In this document: positions 40,134-53,904 of the stretch, one piece after another
Numbering within the stretch: the stretch's first letter is position 1
Layout: every line of letters begins with the position of its first letter
Origin: the human T2T-CHM13v2.0 reference genome, Homo sapiens
NCBI RefSeq assembly: GCF_009914755.1
Contig: NC_060925.1
Length of the DNA stretch: 64,000 bases
Strand: one strand, 5' to 3'
Notes under the pieces: generated by a model
Told to the model about the DNA's origin: nothing
Databases searched by the model: none
What the model saw: only the letters and a program-made list of their open reading frames with translations
Made by a program: the position numbers and the translations under genes

Positions 40134-43100
40134 GAGAAGAAGTTCGAGCAAGCTGGCTGAACAGAAGCCCTCCTTAATTGCCCTATCCACACGCACATCC
40201 AATCGAACAACTATCTACACAGAGAAAGCACTTTCATAAAAACCAAAAATCAGGTGAACAATCACAGTACCTGGTTTTAACTTCATATCACTGAAAGCAG
40301 AACGGAAGAGGGCAGAAAAGACAGTCTTGAAATGTTAACACCATCCTTCATTCTCTGGCAGCAGCTGCATGGCATGGAGAGAGAATCTGTTTTCTTGGGG
40401 GAAGGAGAGCCTAGTGACTGTGGAGCTTTGCATTGCAACTCAGTGCTGCCCTGTCACAGCAGAAAGCAACACTGGGTAGAAATCAACTGGCACTTACAGA
40501 AGGAACATTTAGACCAGACTTAGCCAGAGGGAAATTGCCCATTCCAGCGGTCAGAACCTGAGTTCTGGCAAGGCTCATCAAAAGAGCTAAATTGCTCTGG
40601 AGTCCTAGATAACTTTGAAAGAGACAGCAGTTTGGGGGCAATAGTTGGTGCTGTGCTGGGCTTACAGCCAGTGGACTTGGAGGACATGTGACTTGGTGAC
40701 ACACCAGCTGGGGTAGCAAAGGGAGTGCTTGTGTCACCCCTCCCACAACCCCAGGCAGCAACTCACAGCTTTGGGAGAGACCTTCCTTCAGCTTGAGAAA
40801 AAGTGAAGGAAGACTAAAAAGGACTTTGTATGGCAATTTAGATACTAACTCAGCCACAGTGGGATAGGGCACCGGAGACCTGAGATCCCCATTCCAAGCC
40901 TTATCTCCTGAAAAACATTTCTCTACACATCCTGGGCCAGAAGGGAACCCACTGCTTCGAAAGGAAAGGCTAAGTTCTGGCAGGATTCATCACCTGCCAA
41001 GTAAAAAGCTTTTGGGCCCCAAATAATCAGTTTTTGGGCCCCAAATAATCAGTAGTGGTAACTAGGCATTACTTCTCATGGGACTTGAATGAGACTCAGA
41101 GAAGTGCTGGCTTCAGGTGTGACTCAGCACATTACCAGGTATGGTGGCTACAGGGAGAGACTCCTTCTTTTTCAGAAAAAGAGAAAGAACAGAAAAGGGG
41201 ACTTTGTTTTGCAGCTTAGGTACCAGCTTGGCCACATTGGGGTAGAGCAACAAGCAGGCTCTTGGGGTCTTGCATTCCAGGCCTTGGCTCTTAGATGGCA
41301 TTTCTGTACCTGGACTGGGCCAAAGGGGAGCCCATTACTTTGAAGAGAAAGTCCCAGGCCTGGTAGCATTCACCACAATCTGACTGAGGAGTACTTGGTC
41401 CTTGAGTAAAGCTCAGTGGTAGCCTGGCACTACTTGCCACAGGCCTGGGACAGTGGTGTCTTTGGGAATAGACTCTTCTGCTTGTGGAAAAGGGAGGGAA
41501 GAATGAGAACTTTGTCTTATGGTTGAGTGCCAGCTCAGCTACAGTTGAATTAAGCTCTACGTAGATTCCTAAGATTTCTGACTCCAGGCCCTGGCTTTTG
41601 AATGGCAACTCTGGACCTTCCTGAATCTGGAGAGAACATGTTACCCTGAAGTGAAGGACACAAGTGGGGATGACTTCATTGACTGCTGATTGTAGAGCCC
41701 CAGGGCCTTGAGGGAACATAAGCAGTAGCCAGGCAGTGGTTACTGCGGGCCTTGAGCAAGACCCAGAGCTGTGCTGGCTTCCACTTTGACTCAGTGCAGT
41801 CCCAGTGGTGGTAGCTACAGGGGACCACTGTCACCACTTCCCCAGATTCAGGGAGCTCAGCACATAGAGAAAGACTCTATGTGATGAAGAGATCAAAAGT
41901 CTCTGTCTGGTAATCGAGAGAGTTCCTCTGAATCTTATCCAAGACCACCAAGGCAGTACCTCTATGAGCAATAGCATTAATGGGCTTGGGGTGCCCCCTA
42001 ATGCAGATATGGCTGCATGACCAAAAACTTAGATCACAACACCCAAGTCCCTTAGAAAACTTATAATGCCTTCCCAAGAAGGATGGGTACAAATGGGCTC
42101 AGATTTCAAAGACTACAATAAATACATAACTCTTCAAATTCCAGTCACAAATAAACCTCCAAAAACTTCAAGACTATCCAGGAAAACATGACCTTACTAA
42201 ATAAATGTAATAATTTATCAGGGAACAATCCTAGAGAAACAGAGATATGTGACTTTTCAGACAAAGAATTTGATATAGCTGTCTTGAGGAAGCTCAATGA
42301 AGTTTGGAATAACAGAGAGAGAGAATTCATAATACTATCAGATAAATTTAAACAAGAGATTGAGATAATTAAGAAGAATCAAGCAGAAATTCTGGAGATA
42401 AAAAATGCAGTTGACATAGGGAAGAATACATGAGTCACTTAAAAATAGAATGGATTAGGCAGAAGAAAGAATTAGAGGACTTAAAGATAGGCCGTTTTAA
42501 AATACACAGTAAGACGAGACAGAAAAAAAAAAGCATAAGAAAGAACGAATCATGCCCATAAGATCTAGAAAATAGCATCAAAAGGGCAAATATAAGTTAT
42601 TGGCCTTAAAGAGGAGGTAGAAAGAGATACAGTAGAAAGTTTATTCAAAGGAATAATAACAAAGACTTCCCAAACCTAGAGAATGATGTCAATATACAGA
42701 TACCAGAAGGTTATAGAACACCAAGCAGATTCAACCTGAAGAAGACTGTCTCAAGACATTCAATAATCAAACTCCCACATTTCAAGAATAAAGAAACGAT
42801 CCTACAAATAGCAAGATAAATTTTAAAAAAATACAAGGGAGCTCAATACATTTGGCACTAGACTTTTCGGTGGAAAACTTACAGATGAGGAAACATTGGG
42901 ATGACATAAAGTGCTAAAGAAAAAAAAAACTTTTATGCTAGACTATTATATCTGGTGAAAATATACTTCAAACATAAAGAAGAAATAAACACTTTTCCAC
43001 ACAAACAAAAGCTGAGAGATGTTATCAACCCCAGTCCTGTCCTACAAGAAATGCTAAATGGAGTTTTTCAAATTGAAAGAAAAAGACATTAATGAGCCTA

Positions 43101-43998
43101 ATAAATTATCAGAAGGTATAAAAATCGCTGGTAATAGTAAGTACACAGAAAAACACAGAATTTTATAATATTGGAAAAGTGTTGTGTAAACTGCTTATTT
43201 TTTTGAGTAGAAAGACAGCAAGATAGCCAATAAAACATAATAACTACAACAACTTTTTAAGACATAGACAATACAATAAGATATAAATAGCAACAACAAA
43301 AGGTTAAATCAAGTTAAGGGGAAGAAGTTAAAGAGTAGAGTTTTTATTAGTTTTCTCTTTGCTTGCTTGTGTGTTTATGCAATCAGTGTTAAGTTTTCAT
43401 CAGTTTAAGAAAATGAGTTATAAGATATTATTTGCAAGCTTCATGGTTACCTCAAATCAAAAAATATACAACAGATACACACAAAAAAAAATTAAAAAAA
43501 AAACAGAAATTAAAACATACCACCAGAGAAAATCACCTTCACTAAAAGGAGGGCGAGAAGGAAGGAAAGAAGGAGGAGAAAATCACAAAACAAACAGAAA
43601 ACAAATAACAAACAAAATAGCAGAAGTAAGTCTTTACTTATCAATAATAACATTTAAAATTAATGAACTAAACTCTCCAATCAAAAGATATGATACACAA
43701 TGGAGAACTATTCAGGCATAAAAATGAATGAGCTCCTGTTATTTGCAACATAATGGTTGGAACTGGAGGACATTATGTGAAATAATATAAGCCAGGCACA
43801 GAAAGGCAAACTGCACATGTTCTCACTTATTGTGGGAGATAATTATACAAATAAAAATTTTTATTTATTTATTTATTATTTTATTTATTTATTTTTATAC
43901 AAATAAAAATTATTTGTATGCCTGTATGAAAATATTTCATGTATCTCATAAATATATATGCCTACTATGTATTCACAGAAATTAAAAATAAAAAAATT
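40134..43998 (+). mobile_element. L1MA1-3-like LINE with both ends retained and ORF2 internally deleted
   Basis: Long 5'UTR (aaccaaaaatcaggtga.caatcacagtacctggttttaacttcatatcactgaaag). ORF1 remnant (EICDFSDKEFDIAVLRKL..EIEIIKKNQAEILE). ORF2 start joined to ORF2 end at ~43690. Terminus cataaatatatatgcctactatgtattcacagaaattaaaaataaaaaaa. Confidence 0.88.
41010..41053. repeat. Perfect 22-bp tandem duplication in the L1 5'UTR
   Basis: ttttgggccccaaataatcagt x2. Confidence 0.92.
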
Positions 43999-44276
43999 GA
44001 AAGTTTAAACAAAATATAACAATGTAGGTGAGGTTTTTAACAAATATAAAAATAAAAATTAAATGGTAAATATATGGATATCAACAGTTATACAAAGGTC
44101 CCAAAGGGGTAAATTGAATTCTGTTATTATAAGTTTATTATAATCTCTATGTAGTGATATATATCACTTGATGGTGAACTGCAAGTTAAATATATACACT
44201 ATAAATCCAAGATTATGACTTTATAACAAAACAAATAGGTTTAGAGCATAAGCCAAAAATAAGAAGCTATGGAATC

Positions 44277-44784
44277 TGTGGTAGGCCAAGTAATATCCTT
44301 TTTAAGCTGCCCATGTCCTAAACTCGGGAAGTCGTGAATATGTTATGTTACACGATGGAGGAAAATTAAAGTGTCATATAGAATCAAGATTGCTAATCAC
44401 TTGACCTTAAGACAGGGCAATTATTCTAGATATCTGGGTGTCCCATTGCAGTTATTATGGTCCGTAAATATGGAAGAGAGAAGCAGCAGCAAGTCAATGC
44501 CAGCCAGAGTGATATGATGTGAGAAAGAATCGACTATTTGTGGCTTTGAAGATGGAAGGGGTCATGAGCCAAAAACTGAGGGAAGACTTTAGAAGTTAAA
44601 AAAAAAGTCAAGAAAATGGCTTCTAAGACATTCCAGAAAGGAACGCAGCTATGGTAGCACTTTCATTTTAGCCAACTGCTACTCAATTTCAACTACTAAC
44701 CTTCATAACTGTCATATAATGAATTTGTTCTGTTTTAAGCCACTATTTGTTTTTATATGTTATAGTGGCCATACAAAAATAATA
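44277..44784 (+). mobile_element. MLT1D solo LTR
   Basis: tgtggtaggc...tgctaatcacttgaccttaagacaggg...tggctttgaagatggaaggggtcatgagcca...ttgttctgttttaagccact. Confidence 0.88.
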
Positions 44785-45912
44785 AAATAAATATTCAAAT
44801 AATCTCAATAAGACAAAAATGTTGCACGCAGAAAAGAAATAGTAAGATGATAGATTTAAACCTGAACACAATCAAAACACAATCAATGAAAACACAGAAT
44901 AAACACGATGTAATAACTCAAATAAAAGTGGTAAAGTGGTGCATAGCACATTAAGTAAAAAAGAAAGAACTCTACTTTTCTGGTAAGAAATAAATTTAAA
45001 GATACAAATAGATTAAAAGTAAAATAATTATAAAATATATTAAATGCTAACACTAGTCAAAAAAACTGGAATGACTATATTAATATCAGACTAAGATTTC
45101 AGAGCAACAAATATCAGGGATATAAAGGGTTGTTTCTTAATGATAAAATGTGAATCTATCAGTATAATTATAAATGTTAACAGACCTAATAACAGAAATT
45201 CAGAATACATATAATAAGTGAAATAAAAGTTATAAGAGATTTAAATACTTTTAGTTGATGGAATATACAGAAAATAAGTAAAGATACAGAAAGTTTGAAT
45301 AATGCTATCAACCAAAGCCGAACCTAATGGCATTTATGGAATAATCACCTCAAAAAAAAAAGCAGAATACATATGATTTTCAAAAGCACACAAGCCTTTT
45401 TAAGATAGTCCATATTCTGAGCCATAAAACAAGTTGCAATACATTGAAAAGTCATAACATGTATGTTCTAGCAAAAGATGTATAAGACTTTTTCACGGAA
45501 AATTTGGAAACATTGTTTAGAAAAAAATGTTTAAGTACTAAATAATGGGGAAAGGGATATATTAGTCATGGTATTTTCCCTCATACTGTTTTATATATTG
45601 ATACTATCTTTTTCAAAAATTAACTAAAAGTGGTTCATAGACCTAAATGTAACCACCCAAATTATATAGTTTTAAAAGTAGTACATTCATAATTTTGAGT
45701 TAGGTTAGTGTTTCTTAAAATTACATCAAAAACAGGACTTATTCAAAAAACAAATATGTTGAGTTGGATTTAATCAAAATTAAAAATACCTGGTCTTCAA
45801 AACATGCTGTTGAAAGCCAGAAAAGAGTCTAGCCTTAGACAGAAGAAAACATTTGTAAAGCATATATTGGATAAAAAGCTTGTATTCAGAACAAATAGTT
45901 TTCCAAAACTAG

Positions 45913-47496
45913 TGGATTAATTTCCTATTTCCACTCTGACAAATTGCTGTAAACTTAGTGACTTAAAACAATTAAAAAAATGTTTACAGTTCTGCAGTAG
46001 ATAAATCCAAAATCAATTTCACTGGCTGTAAAGTAAAAGTATAGGCAGGACTGTGTTCCTTCAGGCAGCACTAAGGTCTAAATTCCTTTCTTTTTCCAGT
46101 CTGTAGAGGCCACCTGCATTGTTTGGCTCATGTTCCTTATTTCATCTTCAAAACTAATAGTTAGGCATCTTTTGTTCTCTCTGACCTCTGCTTCCATCCT
46201 TCCATCTTGCACAAAAGGTTGTCCAGCCACACCCTTGGCTTTCTCTCAGAAGCAGGTTTTCTTAACAGTGAATCTCCTGATTTTTTACCAAATGGATAGG
46301 ATAGTAAATGATTTCCTAAATCATCAAGTCTTGCTTCTTTTTTTTGCTTAATAATTATTTCTTTAATTCATCTCTTTCCACTTTTATCTTACTATAATCA
46401 GCCAGAAATGATCAATTCCATCTTTAACACATTACTTAGAAATTTCCTGAGCTAAATATCAGAGTTCATTATCTACAAAGTTTGCTTTTTACACAATTAC
46501 AGAAAACAATTAAGCTAAACATTTTACCACTACAGATCAAGGAGTATCTATTTTCCATTTTCTAGTAACATATTCCTCATATTCATCTAAGTCCTCCCTA
46601 ACACCCCTTTGATATATTTATTTTTATAAATAGCCTGTTAGAGGTGACTTATGTATTCTCTCAGACCATATATGTTTTTGCTTCCATGTTCCTAACATCC
46701 TTCTGCTCCCTTAGCAGAAGCACCTTTAATGTGCATGTTTTTACAGTGTGTTTATTATTTGAATATTATCTAAGATAATTTTTTTACTACCATGTTCCAC
46801 CCTTCTTTCTGAGGCCTTCCTAGCAGAGTCATTTACTTCCAAACTTGTATTCAGAGTCTGTTGAAAGCAATCTAGGCTTTTAATGTGATACTTCTAAAAT
46901 TGTTCCAGCTTCTTCCAATTTGTCTAATCCAAAAATAAGTTCCATGTCTTATGTATTTTTTAGGGGAGCAACCTATTCCTTGTTTCATAATCTGTATTAG
47001 TTTCTTCTTACTGCTGTAACAAATTACTGCAAATTTAGTGACTTAAAACAAACAAATGTATGCTCTTAAATTCTGACAACCAAAAACTTGAAATCAGTTT
47101 CACTGGAATAAAATCAAGATTTCACCAGGGCTGGTTCCTACTGGAAGCTCAGAAAGAGAATCCATTATCTTGCCTTTCCCAGTTCTGGAAGATGCCAACA
47201 TTCCTTGTTTCTTGGTGCCTTCCTCCATCTTCAAAGCTAGAAACAAAAAAAATCTTCTCTGCCCTTTGATTCTGTCTTTACATCTTTTCTCTCACATTCT
47301 GATTCTCCTGCCACTCACTTTTTAGAACATTGGTAATTACATTAGGAGCACCCAGATAATCCAGAATAATCTTCCATTTTAAGATCTTCAATTTAATAAC
47401 TTCTGCAATATTCTTTTCGCCATGGAAATCACATATTCATAGGTCCTACAGATGAGAGTATAGACATATTTGAGCAGCCATTATCAGCCTATTATA
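45913..47496 (-). mobile_element. MLT1B/C-type MaLR provirus remnant: partial 3' LTR (45913-~46210), internal sequence, full 5' LTR (46993-47496)
   Basis: Two same-orientation MLT1 LTRs sharing ttagtgacttaaaacaa...aaatca.tttcactgg, separated by ~780 bp of MLT-int-like sequence. Confidence 0.8.
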
Positions 47497-48365
47497 GCCA
47501 ATAATAAAAAAAAATCCAATAAAGAAGGGAGCAAAATATTTGAATACTGCAGGTGATTGTAAATAAATCCATATAAAGATCCTCAACATCTTTTAGTCGT
47601 TAGAGAAATGCAAAATAAAACCACAATGACATACCACTGCATATGGCTTAGAGTACTCAACATTAAAAAAAGACTCTCTATAAAATGTGCTGAGGACTTG
47701 GAATTCTCTTTAACTTCTGATGAGAAGGCAAATGGTACAACCCTGATGAAAAACAAGACAGCAGATTATTAACATTGAATCATCTACTTACTATATTTTT
47801 CTAGTCATTCTATTTTTAGATATTTACCCAAGCATAAGTTCATAAAGAACATGTACACAAATATTCCTAAAACATTTATTTCTAATAATCAAATTGGAAA
47901 TAATTCAAATATCCATTAACAAGGAAATGGATTAACAACCTCCGATATGTTCATTCATGTAATACCATTCAGCACTAAAAAGGAGTAGATTATTGATATA
48001 CACAGCATGGAAAAATTTCAGTATAATTCTTGTGAGAGAAAGAAGCAAGACAAAAAACACGGATGTCTATTGTATGATGTTATTTATTGAAAATTCTAGA
48101 AAATACAAACTAGTCTATAGTGCAGAAAGGAAATTAGTGTCTGCCTATAGATGTGCTGAATTGGGGGTTTGGGAACAATGGCAAGAGAGATTACAAATAG
48201 TCATAAAGAAACTTCTAGGGGTAATGAACATATTCATTATTTTAATTTTGGGAGTATTTTCCTGAGTATATGCATATCCCAAGACTTATCAAATAGTAGA
48301 CTTTAGATACACTCATTTTGTTGTGTACTAATTATACCTCTATTAAGCTCTTAAAATAGTTATAA

Positions 48366-48520
48366 GGCCATGTGTGGTAGTTCATGCTTGTAAGCACATT
48401 GGGAGGCCAAGGCAGGAGGATTTTTTGAGCCCAGGAGCTTGAGGCTACAGCAAGCTATGACTGTGCCACTGTACTCCAGTCTGGCTGACAGAGTGGGACT
48501 CTGTCTCTAAAAAATACAAG
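48366..48520 (+). mobile_element. FAM/FRAM Alu monomer
   Basis: Single right-type monomer. TSD aatagttataa / aataacttataa. Confidence 0.82.
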
Positions 48521-48792
48521 AATAACTTATAAACAAATTTTGTTTATAGAAAGACACCACTAAAGGTGAGAAAATAAAAACCATACAAGAAAAAATATTT
48601 GCAATGCATTTTTCTATTACAAGATCTTATCCAGAATATTTGATAAACCATTATTAAAAAAAAGGACAATATGTAATATTGATGAGTATTCCTAGCATTG
48701 TTATATGGGGAGTCTTGTCTAATGCACGTCTATAAATATTTATACTCCTTTGGAACTTTATTCCAGCGTCTTTTGGCAAAATGTATGTATAT

Positions 48793-49111
48793 TTTATTTT
48801 ATTTTATTTATTTATTATTATTTTTCTTGAGACAAAGTCTCCCTCTGTCACCCAGGCTGGAGTGCAGTGGTGCGGATCTCGGCTCACTGCAACCTTGCTT
48901 CCCAGGATCAAGTGATTCTCCTACCTTAGCCTTCAGAGTAGCTGGGGTTACAGGCGCCCGCCACCATGCCCAGCTAATTTTTGTACTTTTAGTAGAGATG
49001 GGGTTTCGCCATGTTGGCCAGGCTGGTCTGGGAACTCCTGACCTCAGGTGATCCACTCGCCTTGGCCTCCCAAAGTGCTGGGATTACAGGCGTGAGCTAC
49101 CACACCTGGCC
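48793..49111 (-). mobile_element. AluS (Sx-like)
   Basis: Full antisense dimer with (TTTA)-type tail. TSD aaaatgtatgtatat at 48778-48792 and 49115-49129. Confidence 0.95.
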
Positions 49112-49133
49112 AGGAAAATGTATGTATATATTA

Positions 49134-49639
<506 letters not shown>

Positions 49640-52600
49640 GTGTTATCTCTTTTATAACAGAAGTAAATCTCTAGGATTTGCCATTAAGTATTCAAACAAG
49701 TACCCTGGATACGTGTAATAACATTTCATTGCAGCATTTTTATAAATAGGTAAGAATATTGGAAAATTAAATGTCCCGTAGAAGAGAAGTGCTAAAATAT
49801 ATCATGACAATCTTAAACAATAGAATTAAAGCCAGTCAAAATCAATAATGACTTAGATATGTAAAAAGGACAAATGTTCAAAACAGTATTTATATTTTTG
49901 CCTCTTTTATATATATATATGTAATACTTCATGAGAAATAATCTCATGAGCAAGTCATCACTAGTGTGAAAAGAAGTTTACTGTTTTTAGCCATATTAAA
50001 AGCTTTTTAGAATAGACAATTAATGAAAATTACTCAAACCAAAATCTACCATTGTGTTAATAGACTTTGGAAGTAATGAGAGTGACCATGTAAAATAAAA
50101 AGATAATCCCCTTTTATTCCCCATTCAATAGCTTCATATCAGACCTTTAAACAAATTGTTCACATAAAAGGTATAAACATCCTGCACATCATATTACCTT
50201 TTGAAAGTCAAAAGTCAGCATACCTTAAAGCCTAAGAATATCTGAGTTTGAGAAGAAATGCTTAACAACATTTTAGACATAAATTAACTTGCTGCCATTA
50301 TTTTCTATTTCTTACATGTTTTTAAGAGCCATTTATTTTCATAATGCTGTATTCATTTACAAGGGATTTATTTAAAACAATAAAATTTCTTGTTTAGATG
50401 AATGGAAACCACCATGGTAATCGGCATCAGTAGACAAAATTTATAATAAATAAAATTACAGGAACCTTTTGGGCTCTTTGCAGGTCTGGGAAGATAAAAA
50501 GGGCTAGACTTTCTATTTTACAGATTTTTGGTTCATGTACGTTTGTGATAGTAAAAAGGGAAAGATAATATGCCATGCTTATCTATCATAGTTTACCATG
50601 AATATTATGTTTTTTAAGAAGATACTTACAGTTTGAAACTCAATGTCACACTAATAGAAACCATGCACTTTATTTTACAACCTTGATTTTTCACATGTAT
50701 TCTCTAATTAAAACAATAAAAACCTTGTCATGTTCCTGGAAATAAAGATTTGCCTCATGTATGTCAGCCTGTAATAAGATTTTCTAAAAGTATCAGTAGG
50801 AAAATATTAAAAGCATACTTAGCTATTAAATAGTAAAATATGTAATTGAACTTTTATTGTCTTTCTCTTAAATATATACAAGAGTACAAAAAGCACTATC
50901 ACCTTACAATCTATGACATTCAGAAATATCTTATAAATTACCAGTAATCCCAAGCACGTACAATTAATATATTTAAGACCTGTTTGCTTTTATGTTAAAA
51001 TGATTATTATGTGTACTTGTTTGTCTAATTGTAATATCCAGCATTCTTAAATTGTGCTTAAAATTGATGTCTATATCAGATTTTTTTAAAGATTACATGC
51101 TATAAAATCATAATATATGTGTGAAAAGCACAAAATGTTATATTAGTACTGTGAAAAGCACTAATTATTCATTATCTAGGATATATATATATATATTCTT
51201 ATCTAATAAAGCCACTTTAATTTCTAGAAGTTACACATTTTCCTTTGATTTTTTTGTTTCTTTGTTTCTTGAAAAGCTTCAGGATTCAAATGATGGAGGC
51301 ATTGTGGAAATATAGAAAATGTCATACAATTTGTGTAGCCATGCCAGTGGAAGGACTGCCTAAGGAGATTGGTATCCTATTATGGTCATCGGGATCATGT
51401 CACTGTCTGATTTAGAAAATAGAATTAAATAGATAGAAACTTTAAATGGAAAGGTTCTGATAACTGGCTAGTAGTTGTATTAGAATTGTCTAATAGAAAT
51501 GGTAAGGAAAGATTTTAGCTGATGCAGTTTGGAGGGAAAATGTCTGATAAATTGATATCTTTCCCAAAAGCTGAATGAAATGTCAGTATCATGCAGTCAC
51601 AGTTTTTGATTTGGATGACAAGATGGGCTACTGGATTTGGAAGTATAACAAGGTTTTAGGTATGTTTGTTTGTTTTGTTTTATTTCATTTTTCTGATTTG
51701 TTTATTTACTTTATTTTCAACTTGTTATTATAATAAATAAAATTTAATCATGTCCTTTAATATGCAAATGCAAGCAAACACAGGAATATTATATTTGTAT
51801 TTAGAAAATAATTACCAAATATAATTAATACTTACATATTTGGAGTAATGCTCTTTTATATTAGAGAAACTAACAATACTCAGTTTCTTTATTCTTTTGA
51901 CAACCAACTATTTTATTTAACAATTGGGTTATTATAGAAAAATTAAAGGGGAGATAATAACTAGCTACCTTAATATATAGATTAGTTAATTTCACTGGCC
52001 CTCTCTTTTTATAGACTGCAATCAGTTCACATTCAGAAATTTATAGGAAAAGAATATGTGCCTAATTATTAACATATGAATACCAGAGAAAGTAATAGAG
52101 TTGTACAATTTTTGTCTTCCTTTTGCTGTTTATATGTGAAGGCTTGGAGAAGATAGAATTCTCCAGAGAAGAGTTGGTGTCCCTCCTCATTTTTTTCTTC
52201 CTTTTTAATAATGAACATGAATGTCACGTGTTGATATGACTTTGGAACAAAATAGAAACAGCCTAGATGCTAGAATTTCTATATTGAAAATTGTTGCTTT
52301 GGAGGGTGATCCAGTCAGCATCAGATTTTTTGTGAGAGCGAAATAGAAAGAGATACATTATTACTGTGTTATGATGTTTAAGATTTTAGGGTCTATTAGT
52401 TAAACTGACATTGACTAATGAAAAAAGTACCAAAATTAATTACACTGAATAAGAATGCCACAGAATTGTAAAGACTGGAGAATGTTGGTGATCAGTGAGT
52501 AAGAGAACCATCTTATAATATGGCAAACCTAAGTGAACAGTGGTAAGCTAGGCTTAAGAAGGGTAGGAGAGAAGCTGGTAACGATGAGTATTAAAAAAAC

Positions 52601-52804
52601 TCATTAAAGAACTTACCGATGGAATTTTAGGACTAGGATACAGTCTAAAAAGTATTTTCTTGTAGTGTGTTGTCATGTGATATACAAAACACTTTGATTC
52701 TTAGAGATAATGAAGGAATTGTGAGAATCTAGGACATTACCAATCACTTTATCGACTTGAGTAGTTTCACTTTGCCTTAATTTTTCTTCCCTGAGATAAC
52801 TAGT

Positions 52805-53585
52805 ATACCAGCCAGGGTCCCATCAGGGAACAGAGAACACACACTAATTACAATATGTAAGGAGGGTGTAATAAAAGAGTTATTTGCAAAGCTTTGCACA
52901 ACATGAAGGCAAACATGAAAAATAGGACTATAAACAAGGGCTAACATTAGAGTTACAGTTATTATCCCTAGGTCCATGAAGGGGGAAAAAGGGGTACAGA
53001 GTATTGTAAATGGGAAGGAGAAAGTCCTATAGAAAAGTAGCACTAAAAAGGCAGTGGCTTGCAGTCAAGGAACACAACCAGCCAAAATCAATCCCACAGG
53101 GAAAGAGTGAGAGAAAAATTTCCCTGTCTCACTTGTTTCTTTCCAAATATTCTGAGAAATCCTCTGACAACATTGGACTTGGAAGTATGAGGCAAAGGAA
53201 CCTATTGATGCAATTTATAGAGGTCATCGTCCTTGAACAGATGGCAGCATAAGAAGCGATGAAGACTAGAATAAAAAATTAAACATAAGCTACCCAACAC
53301 TGTCCATACCTTCTATCCTTCAATAGTTTGGCTGCCTTCATCTGGGTGAAAAGTTTATATTCCCGATACAGAAAACAGCCAAGTCTGATGGGCCAGCTTA
53401 TAATTTGGGGTGATATCAATTCTCTCACACTTCTACATGAAGCCTAAAATATTATAGCTGGCAAAGAGGCCTAGCCAGGTCATTATAGATGCCTTCTTTC
53501 ACTACTCATCTCACATTCCCTTTGACTCATCTAAGCACTTCAACTCTACAATGTTCTTTATTTGATGACATGATATGAGTTTTAG

Positions 53586-53618
<33 letters not shown>

Positions 53619-53900
53619 TGTGTGTCTGTGTGTCTGTGTTGTAACATTTTCACTAAAATAAAAAAAAACAAAGAATAACTAAGAGGCACTGTAGTCAACC
53701 CTGGAATTGCCAAAATAGTCCTTCTTGCTCCATTGTGTTGCATTGGGACCCCAGTTTTTCTTATTGGCTATTGACATATTGGAATCAAATTGGTTTTAGT
53801 TAGAATCCAGTTTGCCAATCTGCTTGGCCAGTAGCATTCAGGAGTCTAGACTAAGCTTCTTTTTATAGAGAATGTCTTCCAGAAACTAAAAGTGATGACT
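52805..53900 (-). mobile_element. LTR40/41-like ERVL LTR (52805-~53300), probably with adjoining internal sequence
   Basis: ccagccagggtcccatcagggaacaga...gaggcaaaggaacctattgatgca. The internal part is a weak inference. Confidence 0.5.
53588..53639. repeat. (TG)n microsatellite with TC interruptions
   Basis: gtgtgtg...tctgtgtgtctgtgtgtctgtgt. Confidence 0.95.
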
Positions 53901-53904
53901 TTCA

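Larger units (their letters stand above)
38450..48357 (+). mobile_element. Long fragmented L1ME/MC element hosting L1MA, MLT1D and MLT1 insertions
   Basis: 5' region and ORF1 at 38450-40130, inter-ORF and ORF2 pieces at 43999-44276 and 44790-45910, ORF2 end and L1ME-type 3'UTR at 47500-48357 (aaattctagaaaatacaaactagtctatagtg...aattatacctctattaagct). The pieces are collinear across the inserts. Confidence 0.75.
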
